In this document: piece after piece, positions 9,286 through 16,302 of the stretch
Layout of the letters: every line of letters begins with the position of its first letter
Numbering within the stretch: position 1 is the stretch's first letter
DNA from: Buttiauxella ferragutiae ATCC 51602
GTDB taxonomy: Bacteria; Pseudomonadota; Gammaproteobacteria; Enterobacterales; Enterobacteriaceae
NCBI RefSeq assembly: GCF_001654915.1
Contig: NZ_LXEQ01000033.1
Reading direction: 5' to 3' (one strand)
Length of the DNA: 32,000 nucleotides
Position numbers and translations under genes: made by a program
Notes under the pieces: generated by a model
Databases searched by the model: none
What the model saw: the letters and a program-made list of their open reading frames with translations, nothing else
What the model was told of the DNA's origin: nothing

Positions 9286-9337
9286 ACTCACTGAATTAAT
9301 TCCGGTTTATCAGTCTTCCACACCAAACCACAGGCAC

Positions 9338-9369
9338 AAAAAAGCCCGCGTAACTTTCGTTAAGCGGGC
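9338..9369 (-). terminator. Rho-independent terminator (island-borne homologue of the terminator that follows ssrA)
   Basis: The minus strand reads gcccgc-(13-nt loop)-gcgggc followed by TTTTTT. It is homologous in position and sequence to 22031-22062. Confidence 0.6.
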
Positions 9370-9410
9370 TTTCGACTTCATCAAGTGGCTCTGGTAACCA
9401 CTGACGGAGG

Positions 9411-9428
9411 ATTTTGGTGGGCTGGGGG
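9411..9428. repeat. att core: partial copy of the tmRNA 3' end (junction between the two tandem satellites)
   Basis: attttggtgggctggggg vs attttggtggagctgggggg at 22105-22124 (one base missing). About 70 bp of flanking sequence on its left is also homologous to 22031-22109. Confidence 0.75.
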
Positions 9429-9490
9429 AATCTGAATTTTATCTATAAGTGGATGTATATTAATAATATTTATTAATTCAACTTTCCTGT

Positions 9491-9513
9491 GTATACCTAA
9501 GCGTATACCAATT
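9491..9513 (+). repeat. Putative integrase arm-type binding repeats (attR arm of the intact satellite)
   Basis: gtatacctaagcgtataccaatt contains GTATACC twice. A near-identical 23-mer lies at 21955-21977, with an inverted aattggtatacg at 21922-21933 next to int. Confidence 0.5.
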
Positions 9514-9596
9514 TAGTTTCGTTAGGCTTACCTATGAGGTCCCTAAGTAGCTTTTGTATCACTTACATTAAGAAAAAAACTTTTTTTTAGAAAAAC

Positions 9597-9689
9597 TGTT
9601 CACACTATTCACTATGGATTTTTTATATTTATTTTCAATATGATACATAGTGAATGGTTGGTGGGTGGTGAACACTTTACTATTCACTT
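9597..9689. repeat. alpha-protein iteron cluster (crr/ori-like)
   Basis: TGTTCACA (9597-9604) and GGTGAACA (9667-9674) match the P4 type I iteron TGTTCACC. A second recurring motif, (C)TATTCACT, occurs at 9605-9613 and 9680-9688, with an inverted partial copy (CATTCAC) at 9650-9656. Confidence 0.5.
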
Positions 9690-9705
9690 TTGCAGACCTT
9701 CTTAT

Positions 9706-9729
9706 AAAAAAGACCAGCTGAGCCGGTCT
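9706..9729 (-). terminator. Rho-independent terminator downstream of the Mrr-cat gene
   Basis: The minus strand reads agaccggc-tca-gctggtct followed by TTTTTT (one mismatch in the stem). It is a paralogue of the terminator at 11188-11211. Confidence 0.6.
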
Positions 9730-9788
9730 GAATTGATTCTTTCACTGTAGGCACATGTAATTCCTCGGGCCGTATGGCGGCGATACTT

Positions 9789-10808
9789 TTACTTTCCCAT
9801 AAAGACACCGTTACCAGGTGTTTTCATTTTTTCAAGCCATTGAGCAATCGTCGTTTTGTTAGCCTCTTCTATGCTATATCCACGTGCATGGCAGTCTGAA
9901 AGGCCACCCGGAGAGATCCCTGAGGTCGTCACAATGAGTCCGGACTCTGCCTTTTCCCATTCAACATCGGCCCATAAAGCTTTTACTACTGTGCGATCAA
10001 TTTTATTCTTATATCTCTTACACTGAACTAAAATAAGTGGGGGTTCACCTGCATTTCTATTTTCTTTCCAGACACGCACATCGATACCTCCGTCATTGCG
10101 CCCTGGACCAAGTTCAACATCATATCCCTCACGCGTAAAGTATTCAGCCGTTAATCCTTCAAATTTACGCCAGTGCATTTCGTTTAACTTATCAGTATTT
10201 CGCTGTAAATAATCAATAAATCTCTGATCGATAAAATCACCATACTCACTTTCTAGAGATTCAGACTCAAAAAGCTCTTTAAGAGCTATTTCATCATTCC
10301 AATTTACTTTTCTAATGTCGCTAAGGCGGCGGTGCATATCATCTACATTGCCTTTGATAAATTCTATACTCATATCAAAGCCGGTTTTTCCAAACTTCTG
10401 TGCGCAATCCTTCATAAAAGGCGTTGGGTCTAGAGAGCTACCTCCTTCTTTACTTGTTTTTGCTATGGCGAGTTTTAGATGTACTGACCACAAACTCATT
10501 ATTTTTTGAAAAATAGCTGAAAGCTTTGGGTCGTCTCGGTATTTATGATAAAGAACGATAGTACTCGGAATGCACCCTGGTGTTTCAATGCTTCCAAGTT
10601 TAAATAAAATATGAGCAAACATTTCATCAACATCTTCTGGGTATATTCTTATATAATTCTCATCAGGTGCTGATAATGACTTTCTGAAACTTGAGCCATC
10701 TGGGAATAGTTCAATAATTTCATTTTTATCTAAGGTTAAACCTGTTTTGAATCCTGTGGATTCCCCTAAGACTGACACAAGTTCTAAATTTTTGAAGGTT
10801 ATAGCCAT
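9789..10808 (-). CDS. Mrr-cat (PD-(D/E)xK restriction endonuclease) domain protein with an unrecognised ~210-aa N-terminal domain
   Basis: 339 aa. The C-terminal region FEGLTAEYFTREGYDVELGPGRNDGGIDVRVWKE...PLILVQCKRY fits the Mrr_cat pattern (FE.L...L....GY.V......DGGID....x..VQCK). GAGGAAA RBS. AT-rich relative to alpha. Confidence 0.75.
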   Translation of the reverse strand: MAITFKNLELVSVLGESTGFKTGLTLDKNEIIELFPDGSSFRKSLSAPDENYIRIYPEDVDEMFAHILFKLGSIETPGCIPSTIVLYHKYRDDPKLSAIFQKIMSLWSVHLKLAIAKTSKEGGSSLDPTPFMKDCAQKFGKTGFDMSIEFIKGNVDDMHRRLSDIRKVNWNDEIALKELFESESLESEYGDFIDQRFIDYLQRNTDKLNEMHWRKFEGLTAEYFTREGYDVELGPGRNDGGIDVRVWKENRNAGEPPLILVQCKRYKNKIDRTVVKALWADVEWEKAESGLIVTTSGISPGGLSDCHARGYSIEEANKTTIAQWLEKMKTPGNGVFMGK

Positions 10809-11187
10809 AAATTTTCCTCTGGTCTGTGTTTGCGCAATGGGATTCTTGCTTTAGTCCAGTTAACAATCATGTATTGAGTTAATGACTTAGGGAATTATAT
10901 ATTCATATGTGACTAGCTCCACATGATTAATGAACTGTAGTACCTGTAATATTGTTATTGGCACGAAACTGCCGGGAACTCCGTGGAATGGTGCTTTATA
11001 ACGGCGAAAAGCTAACTTTAGCAACTAGAATGAGCGCATCATTCCGTTACGTTAGAGAAGACCATTTTTGACTAATGGTAAGTAAAAATTTTATTCGTAT
11101 AAAGAGTTCATTATTTTTATGATGACAATGATTGGTCAATTGGTGGCCATTCAACACTTTTCTGTTAACTTTTTACGATTATCAAGT

Positions 11188-11211
11188 AAAAAAGACCGGC
11201 ATAGCCGGTCT
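11188..11211 (-). terminator. Rho-independent terminator immediately after alpha
   Basis: The minus strand reads agaccggc-tat-gccggtct followed by TTTTTT, starting 8 nt after the alpha stop codon. Confidence 0.75.
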
Positions 11212-11218
11212 TAGTAGG

Positions 11219-13549
11219 TTATTTTGCTGTGGGTTCATCGCATTTCGGCAGCCAATCGGAGTTGCTTTCCTCCTTGAGCGCAAGATTGGTCTGTATTCCC
11301 TGATTCGTTCGTCGCTTGTCATAGTTCAGGCCGTACTCTTTGAGCATGGCCGACAGCCCTTTACCGAACATTGTGAGGCTTAGCGTGTTTTTATAGCCGT
11401 GAGCTTCCATGTATATCAGATAGGCGTGATATAGGTAGATACGGGGCTGCCGTGGAATAATGTTAGCGTTCCCCATGTACATTCCATCAGGTTCTGGCAG
11501 CGCTTCGAGATAGCCGCAAAAATCAAACGTTGGGTCAGCATCACGTTTAATGCTGAGCGCCTCGTCGGAGTTCTGCTGCGCCTGTAGCAGATTACGTGCC
11601 GTAGCCGGTTGGCTGAACTGCTGCATAAGCTGGCGCACGATGACGGCCAGCTCCTGCGAGATTTTATTCCTGAGCTGCGGGTCGCGTTCTTCCGGGGCAA
11701 TCTGCTCCGGGAAGTGGAGTATTACACGACGACGGGAGACACCGCCGCTGCGGTCGGTAAAGCGCATAGGGTTGTTGTTAACGGCCAGAATCACCGCCGG
11801 AATATGGGTCGAATACGCATCCTTGTATTTCGGATCAACTGAGACCGCATCACCGCCGGTAATGGCCTTGAGACCTGCACCGTCCCCGCTCCATTTCTCC
11901 TGGTCAGGCAGAATGATTAGCGAGTAGCCAATCACTGCTGCACGTTCGCGTGATGATTCCAGCGTCTCGATGGTGGCTGAGGTGGTGTTGTCCTTCCCGG
12001 CAAGCATGGTCGCAATTTCGGCCATGATACTTTTCCCGCTTCCCCCTGGACCGGTCACTTCAAGAAAAAGCTGCCAGTCGTAGCGGTTCGCCAGCACCAT
12101 AAACAGGGCTGCGAGAATAATGTCGCGCTTCTGTGCGTTCCGGCCTGCGGCACGGTCGAGCCATTGCCAGAAATGCGGCGCATCGCGCTCCAGTGTTTCC
12201 CCGGCCACCGGCGGGGTGAAATCCACATCACATAATGTTCTCAGCCAGTGCGTTTTGCTGTGCGGATTAAATATGCCGCTGGTTGTATCGAGTACGCCGT
12301 TTCGGAAACCGATTAAACGCCGTGCCGGGGCTTCATGCTGCGCCAGAATAAGCTTGAGGGTATCGACCACCGCCGAGATTTTCCCGGACGAGAAACCCGC
12401 ACCGATACGCTGGAACAGTGCCGCCACATCGCGGGCAAACTGCGTGGACGGCAGCACTTTCCAGGCACCGGCTTCATAGCGGGAAATTATCTCGCCGTTC
12501 GGGTCAACGGCCAGCGCATGGCCGTAATGCTCAGAAACGCGCATCGCCTTTTCACTGGTACTCATGGCGGTAAATTCGGCCTCGCTCATTTGCTCGAACG
12601 GGCTAACCGCCGGTGCTTTTACGGTTTCCTGCAATGCGCTGCGGGTGGCTTCTTCCCCGTGCTGCATAAATGCATCATTCCAGTCACCAAATACCGGCGG
12701 CAGCGCGACCATTCCCTGACAGGTATTTGCAGCGGCTGCGGCTTTGGTCTGCCCGTCGCCGTTGAGGTCACGGTCGGCAGCAATGATGATTTGCTGTGCC
12801 GGGTGCCGTTCCCGGACAAGGCTTGCCAGAGAAAGAAGGTTCACGGACGAGAGCGCCACCAGAACGGTATCGCCGGTGAGCTGGTTCACCGTCAGGCCGG
12901 TGGCGTAACCCTCCACTAACCAGAGCCGTTTTGAGGCGGTGTTTTTCCCCTCGATGGTGTGGCAGGTGCCTTTCACCTGACCGCCTTTGAGCGTGCGTTT
13001 GGTGCCACCGGCGTTGATGAGCTGGAGGTTAACCAGTTCCCCCTCCGGGGTGTGCAGCGGCACAAGCACATCACCGGCGCGGTAAGTGATGGTCGCCACT
13101 TTATGCGTGGTGGTCAGCACCTGACAGGCTCGCTGTGCTAACCCCTTGCGGGGGAGATAGGCATTGCCGGTGGTCGTGCGGCTCGCTTCCAGTAAACGGG
13201 CGGCCAGCGCGGCGGCCTCTTTCATCGCTTTCTCGCTGTCCGGGGCACTGGCGACTTCATCCGCTGGCACCGGCGGCAGATTGCCGGTCACGCTGTTGAC
13301 CTGGCTTGCCGCTTCCGCAACCGACACGGCCAGCGCTTTTGAGACCAGACTCAGGCCGTCACCGGCTCCGCACTGGTTACAGTACCAGGTGCCGCGCCCG
13401 TCTTTGTCGTCAAAGCGAAAACGGTCTTTACCCTGACACACCGGACAGGGCTGATGGCGGTTAAGCACCACATTCACGCCCAGCGCCGGGAGGATGTGCG
13501 GCCACTGACCTTTAGCGGCGTTCACGGCTTCGGTAACTTTCATGTTCAT
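11219..13549 (-). CDS. P4 alpha-type primase-helicase (zinc-ribbon primase + TOPRIM + SF3/D5 NTPase)
   Basis: 776 aa (P4 alpha is 777 aa from memory). CPVCQGKDRFRF...WYCNQCG zinc ribbon. TOPRIM-like LWLVEGYATG and IIIAADRDLNGDG. Walker A GPGGSGKS. AAGGAAA RBS. Confidence 0.9.
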   Translation of the reverse strand: MNMKVTEAVNAAKGQWPHILPALGVNVVLNRHQPCPVCQGKDRFRFDDKDGRGTWYCNQCGAGDGLSLVSKALAVSVAEAASQVNSVTGNLPPVPADEVASAPDSEKAMKEAAALAARLLEASRTTTGNAYLPRKGLAQRACQVLTTTHKVATITYRAGDVLVPLHTPEGELVNLQLINAGGTKRTLKGGQVKGTCHTIEGKNTASKRLWLVEGYATGLTVNQLTGDTVLVALSSVNLLSLASLVRERHPAQQIIIAADRDLNGDGQTKAAAAANTCQGMVALPPVFGDWNDAFMQHGEEATRSALQETVKAPAVSPFEQMSEAEFTAMSTSEKAMRVSEHYGHALAVDPNGEIISRYEAGAWKVLPSTQFARDVAALFQRIGAGFSSGKISAVVDTLKLILAQHEAPARRLIGFRNGVLDTTSGIFNPHSKTHWLRTLCDVDFTPPVAGETLERDAPHFWQWLDRAAGRNAQKRDIILAALFMVLANRYDWQLFLEVTGPGGSGKSIMAEIATMLAGKDNTTSATIETLESSRERAAVIGYSLIILPDQEKWSGDGAGLKAITGGDAVSVDPKYKDAYSTHIPAVILAVNNNPMRFTDRSGGVSRRRVILHFPEQIAPEERDPQLRNKISQELAVIVRQLMQQFSQPATARNLLQAQQNSDEALSIKRDADPTFDFCGYLEALPEPDGMYMGNANIIPRQPRIYLYHAYLIYMEAHGYKNTLSLTMFGKGLSAMLKEYGLNYDKRRTNQGIQTNLALKEESNSDWLPKCDEPTAK

Positions 13550-13559
13550 TGTTTTTTCC

Positions 13560-13883
13560 TTACGGCTGCGCCGGTTGCGTTAAGTGGCGGGTGCAGAGTT
13601 CATCCATGACGGCCAGCCCGAGAAACGACAGCGCCGGTGTGGTTTTCAGTGCGCCGCTTTCCAGTAAGTCCTCCAGTAACGCACAGGCAATTTCCCGGCC
13701 TTTCTCCAGCCCGTGCTGGCGCAGATAAAATCCCTCCAGCTCACCGGCAATGGCATCCTCCACCGCGCCGAGCGTGAGCTGTGGAAAGCGTTTCTGTTGC
13801 TGGCAGATATTGAGCCAGGCACAGGCCACGGTGCGACGGTAGAGCGCTGCGCGCAGAACGGGTGAAAGTGGCATTCTTTTCAT
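13560..13883 (-). CDS. Hypothetical protein (107 aa), P4-like early operon
   Basis: Start taken at MKRMPLSP with a GGAG RBS. ATGA overlap with the upstream ORF stop. Ends 10 nt before the alpha start. No family recognised. Confidence 0.55.
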   Translation of the reverse strand: MKRMPLSPVLRAALYRRTVACAWLNICQQQKRFPQLTLGAVEDAIAGELEGFYLRQHGLEKGREIACALLEDLLESGALKTTPALSFLGLAVMDELCTRHLTQPAQP

Positions 13884-14137
13884 TGGTTTTTCTCCGTAGT
13901 CATCCAGCTCATGTGGCAGCGTTCGACCACACCGTCGAGCTGGGCGGTCATCAGAAACAGCAGTGAAGCGAGTTGCGTTTGTTGCGCCGGGGGCTGGCTC
14001 AGTACGGTGCATTCCTGATGCTCCAGCAAATCACCGGCGAACTGGCCGACACGTAATAAATGTTCCAGGCAACGCAGGTCATCCAGCGTAATGGTGGCGT
14101 TAATTCCTGACGGTGTTACCGGCTGCGTGATATCCAT
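13880..14137 (-). CDS. Hypothetical protein (85 aa), P4-like early operon
   Basis: Start taken at [11 protein letters not shown] with a GGAGAC RBS. Translationally coupled to the next ORF. No family recognised. Confidence 0.5.
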   Translation of the reverse strand: MDITQPVTPSGINATITLDDLRCLEHLLRVGQFAGDLLEHQECTVLSQPPAQQTQLASLLFLMTAQLDGVVERCHMSWMTTEKNQ

Positions 14138-14204
14138 GATTCGGTCTCCTGAGGGTGTGCGAAGCCCTGTGCAGATACGCACATAAATTGAATGAGTGAT
14201 TTAA

Positions 14205-14642
14205 TTACAGGTAATGGCGGTAACTGTTATCCGGCTCAGGGCGGGAAATATCACGCCACGAATACACCACCGGGATATTTTTTATTACCGGTTTATTCTC
14301 TTCCGGATAAATATCAATATTCCGTTTACGCCAGATTTGTAATACCGGGTCATTCGTTATTATTTTCAGCACCGTATAACGGTTCTCAGGGTTACGCTTA
14401 AACACATCAGGACGAATACAGATAAATTCCCGCAAAAAGCGCCCGAGCGGTATTTCAATCACCTGACCGTCTGACTCAATACGAATAAGAATGGTGTAGG
14501 GTTTGCGGAATGGGTTCCAGACCATATCCGGGCAGCGGTAAGGCAAATCCCACGGAATGCCATCGGCCAGAATGCCCACCACCGTCACAGCGGCATAAAT
14601 ATCCGTGCGGTATTTTTCACCCGGCTGTGGAAAATCAAACAT
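14205..14642 (-). CDS. Hypothetical protein (145 aa), P4-like early operon
   Basis: Clean ORF starting 4 nt after the upstream stop, same strand. No recognisable motif. Confidence 0.55.
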   Translation of the reverse strand: MFDFPQPGEKYRTDIYAAVTVVGILADGIPWDLPYRCPDMVWNPFRKPYTILIRIESDGQVIEIPLGRFLREFICIRPDVFKRNPENRYTVLKIITNDPVLQIWRKRNIDIYPEENKPVIKNIPVVYSWRDISRPEPDNSYRHYL

Positions 14643-14645
14643 GGT

Positions 14646-14945
14646 TTATTCCCCGCCGTGTAATTCAGTTAAACCACCTTGCGACAGAAATTCCTGGCAC
14701 AGCCCTTTCGCTTTTAATTCCTCCAGCACGAAACTGATGTCGTCATGGATATAGCTGAATATTTGCGGAATATAGAGCTGGTGTAACCCGTTCATTTCCC
14801 GATGCTGTAAATCACCGCCGACAAACTGCGATACGGCACTGGCGCGGTTGAGTTTGTGGTACGCCTCGATGCTCAGGTGAGCAATGACCGGATTTTCGTT
14901 ACCACGACGGGCTGAGACATTTTTAATGGGGGTTGCGTTATGCAT
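14646..14945 (-). CDS. Hypothetical protein (99 aa), P4-like early operon
   Basis: Start taken at MHNATPIKN, preceded by a strong GGAGGTG RBS. The longer 165-aa ORF upstream of it is Pro/Ser-rich, overlaps the preceding ORF, and looks non-coding. Confidence 0.5.
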   Translation of the reverse strand: MHNATPIKNVSARRGNENPVIAHLSIEAYHKLNRASAVSQFVGGDLQHREMNGLHQLYIPQIFSYIHDDISFVLEELKAKGLCQEFLSQGGLTELHGGE

Positions 14946-15135
14946 GAGCCACCTCCGCAACGGGCAGACGGGCGGCAAAGGAAAGAATGTAATCACGGAC
15001 AAGGGAAAGACGGGCGGTGTGCTCATCACCGGCGACGGTACGGAGCATGGAAACGCGGCTGGTGCGTTCGGTACGACGAACGGCGGCAAAAACAAAGACA
15101 AACTGCGGGTGAGTCGGGGCGAGGGTCGAAGCCAT
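14938..15135 (-). CDS. Small protein (65 aa), possibly Icd-like (cell-division inhibitor family found after C4-type RNAs)
   Basis: Start at MASTLAPTHPQF with a GGAGG RBS. The internal FVFAAVRR...ILSFAARLPV resembles Icd-like proteins as I remember them. It lies directly downstream of the CI/C4-like RNA, as icd follows c4 in P1. Confidence 0.45.
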   Translation of the reverse strand: MASTLAPTHPQFVFVFAAVRRTERTSRVSMLRTVAGDEHTARLSLVRDYILSFAARLPVAEVAHA

Positions 15136-15189
15136 AAGGGCAACCTCCATAGTTAGCTGAATACAGCCACCACCGGAGTTCCTACACTC

Positions 15190-15272
15190 ATGGGTGGTAG
15201 CCCGGACGGGGGTAGGAATACCGGTAACTATGAGAACCGGCCAGCCCGAAAGCTGCCCCGCCCGGGCCACCA
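15190..15272 (-). ncRNA. Candidate P4 CI / C4-type antisense immunity RNA
   Basis: On the minus strand, GGTGGCCCGG (15271-15262) pairs with CCGGGCTACCACC (15205-15193) as an outer stem. The enclosed region contains UCAUAGUUA and UUCCUAC. These are complementary to bipartite AACUAUGG / GUAGGAAC sites upstream (15369-15394) and downstream (15147-15188) on the same transcript. Confidence 0.5.
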
Positions 15273-15338
15273 TTATCTGACCTGAACCACAGTGTAAACA
15301 CCATAGTTCAAAATATGGGTGTGCCTGAGCAACGACGT

Positions 15339-15361
15339 AAAAAAAGACGCATGGCGCGTCT
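15339..15361 (-). terminator. Rho-independent terminator inside the early-operon leader
   Basis: The minus strand reads agacgc-gccat-gcgtct followed by seven T. Confidence 0.55.
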
Positions 15362-15423
15362 GGTGTCGCCATAGTTAAACACGGGTTCCTACGCCCGGCT
15401 GTCGATTTTGCGACAGCGGAAAA

Positions 15424-15453
15424 ACTATAACCGCAAACCTGGAAGGGATGCAA
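15424..15453 (-). promoter_or_regulatory. Candidate sigma70 promoter for the leftward early/immunity transcript (PLE-like)
   Basis: The minus strand reads TTGCAT-18 nt-TATAGT. The position relative to the CI-like RNA is compatible with P4 PLE, but another candidate (TTTACA-15 nt-GATAAT at about 15276-15302, just upstream of the RNA) cannot be excluded. Confidence 0.3.
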
Positions 15454-15488
15454 GCCAGGGAAAGGGGCTTTTTGAAAACGAGGCTGAT

Positions 15489-15755
15489 TCATGCGTCACA
15501 TCCCCGGTTTCGTTGTGCGATACGTTCTGACATCCACACGGTGACTTCTGACTGGAGCCAGGCGACATTTTTACCACCGAGGGAAACCTGCGTCGGGAAT
15601 GCATTGCGGGCGATTAAATCGTAAAGCGTGGAGCGGGACAGCCCGCACTGGTGAATGACTTCCGGGAGTCGTAAAAAACGCTCCTGAGTCGGGGTAGAAA
15701 CTGGCGGCAGATGCGCGGCTGGCGCGGAAGATAGTGCGGAAAAAGCGGTGTGCAT
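15489..15755 (-). CDS. AlpA/Vis-family HTH regulator-excisionase
   Basis: 88 aa. RFLRLPEVIHQCGLSRSTLYDLIARNAFPTQVSLGGKNVAWLQSEV is the typical Phage_AlpA (MerR-like) HTH. Confidence 0.85.
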   Translation of the reverse strand: MHTAFSALSSAPAAHLPPVSTPTQERFLRLPEVIHQCGLSRSTLYDLIARNAFPTQVSLGGKNVAWLQSEVTVWMSERIAQRNRGCDA

Positions 15756-16033
15756 AAAGCTACCTCATAACAGTCCATAGAGATCCGGTCGTGTCCGTCC
15801 GGCTTCGGGTAGCTCTCTATTTTGTGAATATTTTCTCTGAGGGCAACATATGATTTTATGTAAACAATCATTGACTTATTCAAAAGAAATAGACTGGTAA
15901 ATACTGGCAATCATATGCAATACGGTGGAACAAAATGGCAAATCAATGATTCCTTATAGATATATAAAAACGTTTATTTATTGCAAATAAATCTAATGAG
16001 TATCAAAGCCATCTCGCTGTCGAAAATAATCAG

Positions 16034-16126
16034 GGTGAACAGTGGTGAACAGACGGTGAACAGTCGAAAACCAACTGTTCACCATTTAATTTACTGTATT
16101 ACTTATCTTTTTTTTAAAGGTGAACA
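16034..16126. repeat. alpha-protein iteron cluster (ori-like)
   Basis: Exact GGTGAACA at 16034-41, 16044-51, 16055-62 and 16119-26, plus inverted TGTTCACC at 16076-83. This is the P4 type I iteron octamer. An adjacent gagtgaatag carries the second motif in inverted orientation. Confidence 0.7.
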
Positions 16127-16213
16127 GAGTGAATAGTTAATAGTAAAAAAATAATAAAAGAGGGGGTATGTTCCTGCGACCTTTCCTCTGGCAAGCCTGT
16201 TTTCAGGTCTTCT

Positions 16214-16231
16214 TGTGTCAGGGCTGGTACA
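16214..16231 (+). promoter_or_regulatory. Delta/Ogr activator box (TGT-N12-ACA) of the sid late promoter
   Basis: TGTgtcagggctggtACA lies 72-89 nt upstream of the sid ATG. P2/P4 late promoters carry TGT-N12-ACA centred near -55. Confidence 0.55.
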
Positions 16232-16302
16232 TCCACAACCGATCCTCTTGTTGTGTGGCACACGGCAGAATAGCCACTCATTGAAATGACGGAGAGGCAC
16301 TC

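Larger units (their letters stand above)
4659..9410 (-). mobile_element. Decayed second P4-family satellite (int'-cargo-cos-psu' only), in tandem with the intact one
   Basis: Paralogous int, att-flank, cos and psu 3' segments are collinear with the intact element. Everything beyond psu codon ~108 has been replaced by IS630-like fragments. Confidence 0.75.

Noticed and set aside
4060-10509. Antisense ORFs inside AT-rich cargo genes (4060-4332, 6778-7095, 7730-7933, 8442-8735, 10315-10509)
   Set aside because: Each lies fully within a longer, motif-supported gene on the opposite strand. Their products are hydrophobic or low-complexity, as expected from AT-rich antisense frames.
11132-11383. 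83-aa plus-strand ORF at the alpha 3' end
   Set aside because: It spans the alpha terminator and is antisense to the alpha C-terminus. It has no RBS.
11416-13436. ORFs on both strands nested inside the alpha primase-helicase gene (11416-11700, 11550-11927, 12120-12479, 12335-12919, 12619-12819, 12959-13141, 13164-13436)
   Set aside because: All overlap the 776-aa motif-rich alpha ORF. Their translations are Arg/Ser/Cys-rich with no motifs. They are GC-rich shadow frames.
15136-15492. Upstream two-thirds of the 184-aa minus-strand ORF 14938-15492 (would be called an Ash-like protein)
   Set aside because: This part overlies the structured CI/C4-like RNA, its target repeats and an intrinsic terminator. 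A strong RBS and ATG occur only at 15135. Only the last 65 codons are treated as coding.
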